Assembly (NCBI GenBank): GCA_963662465.1
Contig: OY759599.1
Coordinates: 2,944,001-3,008,000 of the forward strand
DNA: 64,000 bases
DNA from: Desulfatiglandales bacterium
GTDB lineage: Bacteria > Desulfobacterota > DSM-4660 > Desulfatiglandales > Desulfatiglandaceae
Reading direction: 5' to 3'
Numbering within the stretch: position 1 is the stretch's first letter; each line of letters begins with the position of its first letter. This document shows positions 18,834 through 27,047 of this stretch, one piece after another. The notes under the pieces were generated by a model. The model made no database searches and was not told the DNA's origin. It saw only the letters and a list, made by a program, of their open reading frames with translations. A program made the position numbers and the translations under genes.

Positions 18834-21575
18834 ATGGAAATGAAAAACACGAAAAAGGCTTTATTGTTATTTATCAAACAGCTAACCGTTTCAATTTGCC
18901 TGCTGCCGGTTCTTCTGTTCGGCGGGATTGGGTCGGCATATGCCGCCTGGGAAAAGGTTGGCACGGCGGGTTTTTCAGAGGGCTATGCCGAATACACGAG
19001 CCTTGCGTTTGATGGTTCTACCCCGTATGTGGCTTACCGGAATGAGGGGAATGGAGGCAAAGCGACGGTGATGCGGTTTAACGGGACCGGCACGGTGGGC
19101 ACCTGGGAAACGGTGGGTACGGCGGGTTTTTCAGAGGGCGAGGTCTGGTACACGAGCCTTGCGTTTAATGGTTCTACCCCGTATGTGGCTTACCAGGATA
19201 AGGGGAATGGAAACAAAGCGACGGTGATGCGGTTTAACGGGACCGGCACGGTGGGCACCTGGGAAACGGTAGGGGATGCGGGTTTTTCAGCGGGCGAGAC
19301 CGATTACACGAGCCTTGCGTTTGATGGTTCTACCCCGTATGTGGCTTACACGGATGGGAAGGATGGATATAAAGCGACGGTGATGCGGTTTAACGGGACC
19401 GGCACGGTGGGCACCTGGGAAACGGTGGGTACGGCGGGTTTTTCAGAGGGCGAGGTCTGGTACACGAGCCTTGCGTTTGATGGTTCTACCCCGTATGTGG
19501 CTTACCGGGATTGGGGGAATGGAGGCAAAGCGACGGTGATGCGGTTTAACGGGACCGGCACGGTGGGTACCTGGGAAACGGTAGGGGATGCGGGTTTTTC
19601 AGCGGGCGAGACCGATTACACGAGCCTTGCGTTTGATGGTTCTACCCCGTATGTGGCTTACCGGGATAAGGGGAATGAAAGCAAAGCGACGGTGATGCGG
19701 TTTAACGGGACCGGCACGGTGGGCACCTGGGAAACGGTAGGGAATGCGGGTTTTTCAGCGGGCGAGGTCAATTTCATGAACCTTGCGTTTACCGGCTCGA
19801 CCCCGTATGTGGCTTACCGGGATTGGGGGAATGGAGGCAAAGCGACGGTGATGCGGTTTAACGGGACCGGCACGGTGGGCACCTGGGAAACGGTGGGTAC
19901 AGCGGGTTTTTCAGAGGGCAATACCGAATACACGAGCCTTGCATTTACCGGCTCGACCCCGTATGTGGCTTACGCGGATGGGAGGGATGGATATAAAGCG
20001 ACGGTGATGCGGTATAATCTGGTAACAACAGATCCCGCAACGGAGGTGACACCCACAACCGCGACGCTGAACGGCAGGGTAAACGCGAATAATGCCACCA
20101 CAGACGTGTTCTTCCAGTACGGTACGGACACCACCTACGGAAGCATGGTAGAGGCGGATCAGAGTCCCGTGACGGGTTCAACGGATAACGCGGTATCAAA
20201 GGCGATCACCGGTTTAACCAATGGCGTGACGTATCATTACCGTGTCGTGGGCACATACAGAGGGCCGTTATGGTGTGGAGCGGACATGACCTTCATCACC
20301 ACCGGCGCTGCACCAGCGGCCACCACGAACGCGGCGACGGGCGTGACAACCACGGGTGCGACGATGAACGGCACCGTGAACGCAAATAACGACAGTACCA
20401 CCGTGACGTTCGAGTACGGCACGACGACCGCTTACGGAACGACGGTAACAGCGACCCAAAGTCCCGTCACGGGAACAGCGGATACGGCCGTGTCCAAAAT
20501 GGTCAGCAATCTAACGCCGAGCACCACCTATCATTACCGAGTGGTCGGTCAAAATTCCACCGGGACCACCTACGGAGCGGACATGACCTTCATTACCAAC
20601 GGCACTGCACCAGCGGCCACCACGAACGCGGCGACGGGCGTGACAACCACGGGTGCAACGATGAACGGTACGGTCAACGCCAATAACGCCGGCACCACCG
20701 TGAGTTTCGAGTACGGCACGACGACCGCTTACGGAACGACGGTAACAGCGACCCAAAGTCCCGTCACGGGAACAGCGGATACGGCCGTGTCCAAAATGGT
20801 CAGCAATCTAACGCCGAGCACCACCTATCATTACCGAGTGGTCGGTCAAAATTCCACCGGGACCACCTACGGAGCGGACATGACCTTCATTACCAACGGC
20901 ACTGCACCAGCGGCCACCACGAACGCGGCGACGGGCGTGACAACCACGGGTGCAACGATGAACGGTACGGTCAACGCCAATAACGCCGGCACCACCGTGA
21001 GTTTCGAGTACGGCACGACGACCGCTTACGGAACGACGGTAACAGCGACCCAAAGTCCCGTCACGGGAACGGCGGATACGGCCGTGTCCAAGACGATCAT
21101 CGGTTTAACGCCGAGCACCACCTATCATTACCGAGTGGTCGGTCAAAATCCCACCGGGACCACCAACGGCGCGGACATGACCTTCATCACCCCTGAACAG
21201 ACCCCCACCATCATGGGTATCAACCCCGAAACCGGAGGCCCCGGAACGGACGTGGTCATCACCGGCACCGGGTTTACCGCAGCGACCGTCAACTCCGACA
21301 GGGCCTCGGCCGGTATCAGCGTAAAATTCGGTGGGACGGACGCCGAGCGTATCTCCGTGGATTCGGCAACCCGAATTACCGCCACGGTGGGTCAGGGCTC
21401 CACGGGGAAGGTGACGGTAACGACGGCTGCCGGAACGGCAACCAGCGCCGTGACATTCACTTTTATTTCTGCCATACCAACCCTGAATGAATGGGCGCTC
21501 ATTTTGCTGTCTATCTTACTGCTGGTTTCCGGGGTGATTGTCTTGCGAAAACGTAGCCTGTTGCAAGGGGATTAG
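18834..21575 (+). CDS. Secreted surface protein: signal peptide, 7 x 52-aa beta-propeller-like repeats, 4 FN3-like repeats, IPT/TIG domain, IPTL-CTERM sorting signal
   Basis: AYA signal cleavage motif; 156-bp and 297-bp in-frame repeats; LTPSTTYHYRVV; INPETG.PGT.V.ITGTGF; C-terminal IPTLNEW-TM-RKR. Confidence 0.88.
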   Translation: MEMKNTKKALLLFIKQLTVSICLLPVLLFGGIGSAYAAWEKVGTAGFSEGYAEYTSLAFDGSTPYVAYRNEGNGGKATVMRFNGTGTVGTWETVGTAGFSEGEVWYTSLAFNGSTPYVAYQDKGNGNKATVMRFNGTGTVGTWETVGDAGFSAGETDYTSLAFDGSTPYVAYTDGKDGYKATVMRFNGTGTVGTWETVGTAGFSEGEVWYTSLAFDGSTPYVAYRDWGNGGKATVMRFNGTGTVGTWETVGDAGFSAGETDYTSLAFDGSTPYVAYRDKGNESKATVMRFNGTGTVGTWETVGNAGFSAGEVNFMNLAFTGSTPYVAYRDWGNGGKATVMRFNGTGTVGTWETVGTAGFSEGNTEYTSLAFTGSTPYVAYADGRDGYKATVMRYNLVTTDPATEVTPTTATLNGRVNANNATTDVFFQYGTDTTYGSMVEADQSPVTGSTDNAVSKAITGLTNGVTYHYRVVGTYRGPLWCGADMTFITTGAAPAATTNAATGVTTTGATMNGTVNANNDSTTVTFEYGTTTAYGTTVTATQSPVTGTADTAVSKMVSNLTPSTTYHYRVVGQNSTGTTYGADMTFITNGTAPAATTNAATGVTTTGATMNGTVNANNAGTTVSFEYGTTTAYGTTVTATQSPVTGTADTAVSKMVSNLTPSTTYHYRVVGQNSTGTTYGADMTFITNGTAPAATTNAATGVTTTGATMNGTVNANNAGTTVSFEYGTTTAYGTTVTATQSPVTGTADTAVSKTIIGLTPSTTYHYRVVGQNPTGTTNGADMTFITPEQTPTIMGINPETGGPGTDVVITGTGFTAATVNSDRASAGISVKFGGTDAERISVDSATRITATVGQGSTGKVTVTTAAGTATSAVTFTFISAIPTLNEWALILLSILLLVSGVIVLRKRSLLQGD
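18948..20018 (+). repeat. Coding tandem repeat, ~7 x 156 bp
   Basis: WETVG.AGFS.G...YTSLAF.GSTPYVAY.......KATVMRFNGTGTVGT seven times, scaffold nearly identical at DNA level. Confidence 0.95.
20022..21195 (+). repeat. Coding tandem repeat, 4 x ~297 bp (FN3-like)
   Basis: Units 2-4 almost identical; identical antisense ORFs at 20511 and 20808 show the 297-bp period. Confidence 0.9.
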
Positions 21576-21666
21576 TACCTGCAAAAGCCTGTCATAAAAA
21601 AAGAAGATTTTTTTTTGGCTGGCTTTAAAACCTTTTTATCCGGTTAACGCAGGCGTGAACATCTGT

Positions 21667-21724
21667 GAAAACTAAAATGATGATTCATTCGGTTCCTGTT
21701 CGTGATCGAAGATATATCCCACGG
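21667..21724. repeat. 58-bp direct repeat, copy 2 (right boundary of the insertion)
   Basis: 52/58 identical to 14482-14539; contains the 3' end and stop of the response regulator. Confidence 0.9.
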
Positions 21725-22424
21725 ATCTGAGGCTTTTAAAATAGACGGGGTTTTTGGGGTTGCGCTCAAAATACTTTCTGAACCTGACCATGAAATTGTC
21801 CACTGTCCGGGTTGTGGTCCCGCGGGCGTACCCCCATCCGATTTCCAGAAGCTTTCTTCTCGAAAGGGGTTTGCCGCGATTGGCAATGAAAAGCCGTAAC
21901 AGTTTTGCTTCCTGTTCGGTCAAATCGATAACTCCGAACGGGCCATGGGCTTTCAGGGTCTTAAAATCGATTCGGTTATCCCCGAATTGGTAGATGTCGG
22001 GAAGCGACGAAACACCCTTTTCAGTTGAATTTTCCTCATGAGACCAGCCCCCCCGGGTCAAAAGCCGTTTTACCCGGAGCAAAAACTCATCCAGGTTGAA
22101 GGGCTTGGCCAGATAATCGTCCACACCGTAAGAAAATCCCTTGATCCTGTCATCGGGATCACCTCTGGCCGACAGGATCAAGATGGGAATGCGTTCGTCC
22201 TCAAGACGGATATTTCGAAGCACCGACAGCCCATCGATCCCCGGAAGCATAATGTCCAGGACAATCAGGTCCGGCTGCCATTGTTTCCATTTTAAAAGGG
22301 CCGCATTTCCATCGGGCGCGATCATCACGTCATGGCCCTTCAGCGTCAGGTTCAATTTCAAACCTTCGGCCAAGTGTGTTTCATCTTCCACCACCAGAAT
22401 TCGAGATTTTGCGGTTTCACCCAT
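21672..22424 (-). CDS. OmpR/PhoB family response regulator
   Basis: ILVVEDE, DLIVLDIMLPG.DG, DDYLAKPF, winged helix TRTVDNF..RFRKY, RSVGY. Confidence 0.93.
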   Translation of the reverse strand: MGETAKSRILVVEDETHLAEGLKLNLTLKGHDVMIAPDGNAALLKWKQWQPDLIVLDIMLPGIDGLSVLRNIRLEDERIPILILSARGDPDDRIKGFSYGVDDYLAKPFNLDEFLLRVKRLLTRGGWSHEENSTEKGVSSLPDIYQFGDNRIDFKTLKAHGPFGVIDLTEQEAKLLRLFIANRGKPLSRRKLLEIGWGYARGTTTRTVDNFMVRFRKYFERNPKNPVYFKSLRSVGYIFDHEQEPNESSF

Positions 22425-23406
22425 CGCTTCCCTCTTTTTGATCGAGACTTGAGGGTTTCAAGGGCAGAATCAAGGAAAAAACAGAGCCCTTGCCACTCCC
22501 TTTCGATTCGACCATCATTTTCCCCTTATGAAACTTGGCGATGCTCTCAACCAGATGAAGCCCCAGCCCGGTACCCTTGGCCGACATATTCTCCGAGCGG
22601 CCAATCTGGTAAAACTTTTTAAAGACCTTCTTAAATTCCGACTTTGGCAGTCCGATGCCGTTGTCTTCAAAACGGATATGCAATCCCCTCCCCCTGGGTT
22701 CAAAGGTGATATCGAGGCGGGGCGCTTCGGATTCATTGTACTTGATGGCGTTGGTGAACAGATTCATCAGCAGTATCTCAAACAATGCCGGACTGATAAG
22801 GTAGAAGATGGCGCGTCCCGAAGGATTGTGAATATGGATGTCGCATCCATCGAAGAGATGGCGGTTCTTTTCGTAAAACCGTTGCACCTCACTCACGAGA
22901 TCCTCCCGCACCAGCTTCCCACCATAGGTCTTGCTCTCAATCTTTGCCAGGTCCAGAATTCGGTTTATATTGTGGGTCAACCGGTCCGCATCCTGAACCA
23001 TGTATTCGATATACCTGAGCTGGTCTTCCCGGGCAAGTTCATATTTTTGAAAAGTCTCCAGGTACAGTTTCAGCGAGGTAACGGGAGTTTTCAGTTCGTG
23101 GGTGAAATTATTGATAAAATTGCGCTGAAGCCGGTAAAGCTGGAGCGTCTTTTGATTGTACACAAAGATGATAAAGATGCCCATCAGGATGATCCCCACC
23201 AGAATGGAAAGCACCAGAATCACCATCCAGGTATGAGCGGTCAAAACCTGATCGGAATCGAGGTTGGCTCTCTCCAGAACGCTCTTCAGACCTTTGCGGA
23301 CCTCCACATACCAGTAGATATACAGGGTAAGAGACAGGGCCACGGCCACGATGGAGGAAATGAAAATGAGGATCGGATGCAGAAACCACCACTTTGACTG
23401 AGTCAT
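22417..23406 (-). CDS. Membrane sensor histidine kinase
   Basis: Two TM helices, THELKTP, NLFTNAIKY, DNGIG, GTGLGL; likely start MTQSK. Confidence 0.92.
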   Translation of the reverse strand: MTQSKWWFLHPILIFISSIVAVALSLTLYIYWYVEVRKGLKSVLERANLDSDQVLTAHTWMVILVLSILVGIILMGIFIIFVYNQKTLQLYRLQRNFINNFTHELKTPVTSLKLYLETFQKYELAREDQLRYIEYMVQDADRLTHNINRILDLAKIESKTYGGKLVREDLVSEVQRFYEKNRHLFDGCDIHIHNPSGRAIFYLISPALFEILLMNLFTNAIKYNESEAPRLDITFEPRGRGLHIRFEDNGIGLPKSEFKKVFKKFYQIGRSENMSAKGTGLGLHLVESIAKFHKGKMMVESKGSGKGSVFSLILPLKPSSLDQKEGSDG

Positions 23407-23509
23407 TAGCGACAACCCCGATGTTTCCCCGCGGTTCGATGGCGCGATAAATGGGAAATCCACCCCTTTCGTTCATGATTCTATTCCCATGGGCGCATGA
23501 ATTCAACCG

Positions 23510-25183
23510 TTAAGATTTTGAACGTTGTTCCACCAGACGGTAAGGGATTTTCGGCATGACCCGATCGACACGGAAGGACTTCGCCGGTTGATCTTCATGC
23601 TTATAAACCTTATACCGTCGGCGATAAGATGTTTTCGGCGCCCTGAGATCTCCAAAGATTCGGCATCTCAGATATTCTTTCACACCGAAGAAAACCACCA
23701 CAGACGATGCGGCCAGGGCGGGGAGATTCATCCTGCCGAATTGTGAAGCATATAATTTTTTGATTTCCCCGAGCAGGGTTTTACTCCGCGGGTTTTCCAC
23801 AAAAAGGGTCGCGGCCGGGAGAAAATATCGCATCATGATAAGTCTCTTTTTGAAATCCTTTAAACGCCTTCCAACCCGTTCGTCGGGATGGTTGATGCAA
23901 TAGTCATAACCCGACAACGTCGTTTTAATGGCGCGCAACATGGAAGCGCCGTTTCGGGCGTAATCCATATCAAACGCCAGGCGCAATAAATCTTCGGACG
24001 CCTCTCTTGAAAAATGATCATGATGAAACCATATTTTTCCCTGACCATGCTGGGATTCATAGGGAACATCTTTGATTAATTTTCCCAGGCTTTCATAGTC
24101 ATTGTAAAGTTTTGTTCCCGGGATCGGTCCCAGCGGCGAGAATTGCACATAATCCGGATTCAAGGATGTCACAAAGTCCACATCCTCCCAGATGGTGTCT
24201 TTATCGTGTGTCTCATTAAATAAAATCAGTGACGCCAGAACGCTGATGCCCCTTTTCTTTAGCCCTTTAAAAAGAACCTGAAAATCAGTATTTTTATTCT
24301 TCGCATAGATCTCTTTTTTCGATTCAACCCCCACCCACACAAAGGTTATCCCCATGCGCACCAGAATATCCAGATCACCGATTGCTTTCAGTGTTTCGGC
24401 GGAACTGAAGATGGCAAAAGTAAAGCGCCGATTATGCTTTTCCATCAACGCCAGCAATTCCAGCGCACGATCCTTCATTTTCAAAAAGTTTTCATCCAAC
24501 ACCCCGAAATCCGTTATACCCTTCTCATCTTCGTAACGGCAACATACGTCAAAGATGTCCTGCCCGGTTTTTAAATAGGGAATGTAATTGCCGAAGAAAT
24601 GTGAAGTAGCGCAAAAACGGCATTTGTTGGCACACCCCACGCCGGGCATCAGAATGCCGGAATCGGACGGCCAGGGCACCCCCATGACCTGTCGGTTGAA
24701 AGAGCTGTATTCAAGGGGATGCCGGATGGGTTTGTCCATCTTTTCCCCAAAAAGTTCCCTCAAAAAATAGACGCCTTCGCCTTTGCATCTGAAATCATAA
24801 TCGATCAACGATTCTATGTTGGGAATATTGACCCCGTGACCTCCCAAAATGATCTTTGATTTCGGCGATAATTCACGAATGGCCTGCGCCATGGCCTTTG
24901 CTTTTTTAAAATTGGGGATGATGAAGCTGATGCCGATGTAATCATATCCTTTTTTCAATTCCTGCTTAAAGCGTTTAAAGGTCGGAAAATCCAGTATCGC
25001 CGTGGGCATGTCAATATTTTCCGCTAAAAAATAGAGCCCCTGGCTTCCATGGTTGAATCGGTAGGAAAAAATGCCTTGCTCTCGGGTCACCTGATTGTGA
25101 AAGAGCTCCATTTTATTTTCTTTTCTGCCATATTCATCATCCACCCCATAGGGTCCAAATACCGAAGTAAGTAATAGTTTCAT
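23510..25183 (-). CDS. B12-binding radical SAM protein
   Basis: IGISF..IILGG cobalamin-type domain, GCANKCRFC (CxxxCxxC), DENF, GVES, PIPGT. Confidence 0.88.
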   Translation of the reverse strand: MKLLLTSVFGPYGVDDEYGRKENKMELFHNQVTREQGIFSYRFNHGSQGLYFLAENIDMPTAILDFPTFKRFKQELKKGYDYIGISFIIPNFKKAKAMAQAIRELSPKSKIILGGHGVNIPNIESLIDYDFRCKGEGVYFLRELFGEKMDKPIRHPLEYSSFNRQVMGVPWPSDSGILMPGVGCANKCRFCATSHFFGNYIPYLKTGQDIFDVCCRYEDEKGITDFGVLDENFLKMKDRALELLALMEKHNRRFTFAIFSSAETLKAIGDLDILVRMGITFVWVGVESKKEIYAKNKNTDFQVLFKGLKKRGISVLASLILFNETHDKDTIWEDVDFVTSLNPDYVQFSPLGPIPGTKLYNDYESLGKLIKDVPYESQHGQGKIWFHHDHFSREASEDLLRLAFDMDYARNGASMLRAIKTTLSGYDYCINHPDERVGRRLKDFKKRLIMMRYFLPAATLFVENPRSKTLLGEIKKLYASQFGRMNLPALAASSVVVFFGVKEYLRCRIFGDLRAPKTSYRRRYKVYKHEDQPAKSFRVDRVMPKIPYRLVEQRSKS

Positions 25184-25203
25184 GCGATATCCCTTAGTAA
25201 TAA

Positions 25204-25288
25204 TTTGTTTTACAATTTTGTCTCTTGCTAATAACGTAAATCACTATACAGTAAAATAAAGAAAAACTTTGTAAAACAAATGTAAAAC
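25204..25288. promoter_or_regulatory. Putative OmpR-type binding repeats
   Basis: TGTAAAAC at 25270 and 25281 (11-bp period) and inverted TTTGTTTTACA at 25204, upstream of the radical SAM-HK-RR operon. Confidence 0.45.
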
Positions 25289-25321
25289 TAAGCTTTTTGA
25301 ACTTGTCATCCGTCGGCAGCC

Positions 25322-25406
25322 TGTTTCGGCCCGAGCCGTAGGTGCAACTTTAGTCGCACCTACAATCGCTTCAAAAGCCTTATCTCACGTTAATCCGCGA
25401 TGAGCC
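25322..25406. mobile_element. Partial second copy of the REP-carrying MITE
   Basis: TGTTTCGG..CG.GC.GTAGGTGC.ACTTTAGTCGCAC joined directly to CTACAATCG...ATCTCACGTTAATCCGCGATGAGCC; REP doublet collapsed, left end missing. Confidence 0.75.
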
Positions 25407-25502
25407 GCTCTTGAGAAATTCCCTCCAACTATTGATTGATCTGTTTCTCAAGTTCCGTTTGAGTATCGATATCAACACGCCCTAAGCTGAAAGTTCAAAT
25501 CA

Positions 25503-27047
25503 TCAAAGGGGCTGCGCCGCCACATCAAACCGGATTCCCTGTGCCAGGGGCAGCTCATCGGACCAGTTGACGGCAGTGGTCTGGCGGCGCATATAGGCTT
25601 TCCAGGCATCCGAACCGGCTTCCCGACCGCCGCCCGTATCTTTCTCCCCCCCGAAGGCGCCCCCAATTTCCGCCCCGCTGGTTCCGGCATTGACATTGGC
25701 GATCCCGCAATCGCTTCCCGAATGGCTCAAGAAAAGCTCGGCCTCTTTCAGATGGTTTGTAAAGATGGCGGAAGAGAGCCCCTGGGGGACGTTATTCTGC
25801 AAAGCGATCGCCTCGCTGAGATCCCCCTTATAGGGAATGATGTAAAGAATCGGTGCGAAGGTTTCGGTTTGTACCAGCGGGCAATCCGCCGACACCCGGC
25901 AAATACAGGGCGTGACATAGGCGCCGGCATCAAAGAGCCCGCCGGAGAGCACCTCGCCGCCGTAAAGGATGCGCCCTCCCTGTTTCAAGACGGCCTTGAG
26001 GGCGGTTTGCATGGTTTGCACCGCTTTTGGGTCAATCAAAGGACCCATGAGTATCCCTTCATCCAGGGGATTTCCAATGGGGATTTGTTGGTATGCCCCG
26101 ATAAGGGCCTTCGAGAAAGGACCAAGGATATCCTGGTGAACAATGGCCCGACGGGTGGTCGTGCATCGTTGTCCGGCCGTCCCCACCGCACCGAAAACAA
26201 TGGCCCGCACCGCCGTTTTCAGATCGGCATTGGGGGTAACGATAACCGCGTTGTTGCCGCCCAACTCCAGGATGGCCTTTCCAAGGCGTGCGGCCACCAC
26301 CTGCCCCACATGACGCCCCATGGCCACACTGCCGGTAGCGGATATGAGCGGAACACGACGGTCCGCCAATAGGCGATCCCCCACTTCCCGACGATCACCG
26401 ATAACGATATTTAAGATGCCTTCGGGCAGGTCATTTTCCCGCAACACCCGCCATGCGGTCTGAATCGCGGCAACCGCACTGAGCGGGGCCTTGGAAGAGG
26501 GTTTCCACACCACCGTATTGCCGGCGATGAGCGCAATCATGGCATTCCAGGCCCAAACCGCCACCGGGAAGTTGAATGAAGATATAACCCCCACCGGTCC
26601 CAGGGGATGCCATTGCTCATACATTCGATGCCCGGAGCGCTCACTGTGCATGGTCTTCCCATAAAGCATTCGGGACTGGCCCACGGCAAAATCCGCCATG
26701 TCGATCATTTCCTGTATTTCACCCTCGCCTTCAGAGCGGATTTTCCCCACTTCCAGACTGACCAAAGCGCCCAGATCCCGCTTTACCTCCCGCAATCGAT
26801 TGCCTATTTGTCGAACGATGTCTCCCCGCTCGGGGGCCGGAACGCTTCGCCAAATTTGAAATGCCCGCTCCGCGGCGGTGATTACTTTTTCGTAATCTCC
26901 AGCATCAGCACAGCAAACTTTACCCAACGACGATCCTGTAATCGGCGATGTCGCCTCCAGACAGGGACCGTGACAAACCAACCAGGACCCCACCCCCGCG
27001 CCGGGCTGCCTTTCCGAAATATTGAATTTATCGAGAATCTTTTTCAT
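25503..27047 (-). CDS. Aldehyde dehydrogenase, ALDH7/piperideine-6-carboxylate dehydrogenase-like
   Basis: GEIQEMID..DFAVGQSR.LYG, FNFPVAVWAWN, LELGGNNA, GQRCTT, GAEIGGAFGGEK.TGGGRE.GSDAWK; ATGA overlap with the upstream gene. Confidence 0.92.
   Translation of the reverse strand: MKKILDKFNISERQPGAGVGSWLVCHGPCLEATSPITGSSLGKVCCADAGDYEKVITAAERAFQIWRSVPAPERGDIVRQIGNRLREVKRDLGALVSLEVGKIRSEGEGEIQEMIDMADFAVGQSRMLYGKTMHSERSGHRMYEQWHPLGPVGVISSFNFPVAVWAWNAMIALIAGNTVVWKPSSKAPLSAVAAIQTAWRVLRENDLPEGILNIVIGDRREVGDRLLADRRVPLISATGSVAMGRHVGQVVAARLGKAILELGGNNAVIVTPNADLKTAVRAIVFGAVGTAGQRCTTTRRAIVHQDILGPFSKALIGAYQQIPIGNPLDEGILMGPLIDPKAVQTMQTALKAVLKQGGRILYGGEVLSGGLFDAGAYVTPCICRVSADCPLVQTETFAPILYIIPYKGDLSEAIALQNNVPQGLSSAIFTNHLKEAELFLSHSGSDCGIANVNAGTSGAEIGGAFGGEKDTGGGREAGSDAWKAYMRRQTTAVNWSDELPLAQGIRFDVAAQPL

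Noticed and set aside
18948..21195. CRISPR array
   Set aside because: Periods of 156 and 297 bp are multiples of three inside one open frame; there is no repeat-spacer structure and no cas gene
21583..21622. CCTGTCA(T/C)AAAA..AAGA similarity to ~55131-55165 as an IS end
   Set aside because: Short and degenerate, with no partner repeat, target duplication or transposase
14482..21724. Prophage or autonomous ICE
   Set aside because: No integrase, replication, transfer or structural genes lie between the repeats
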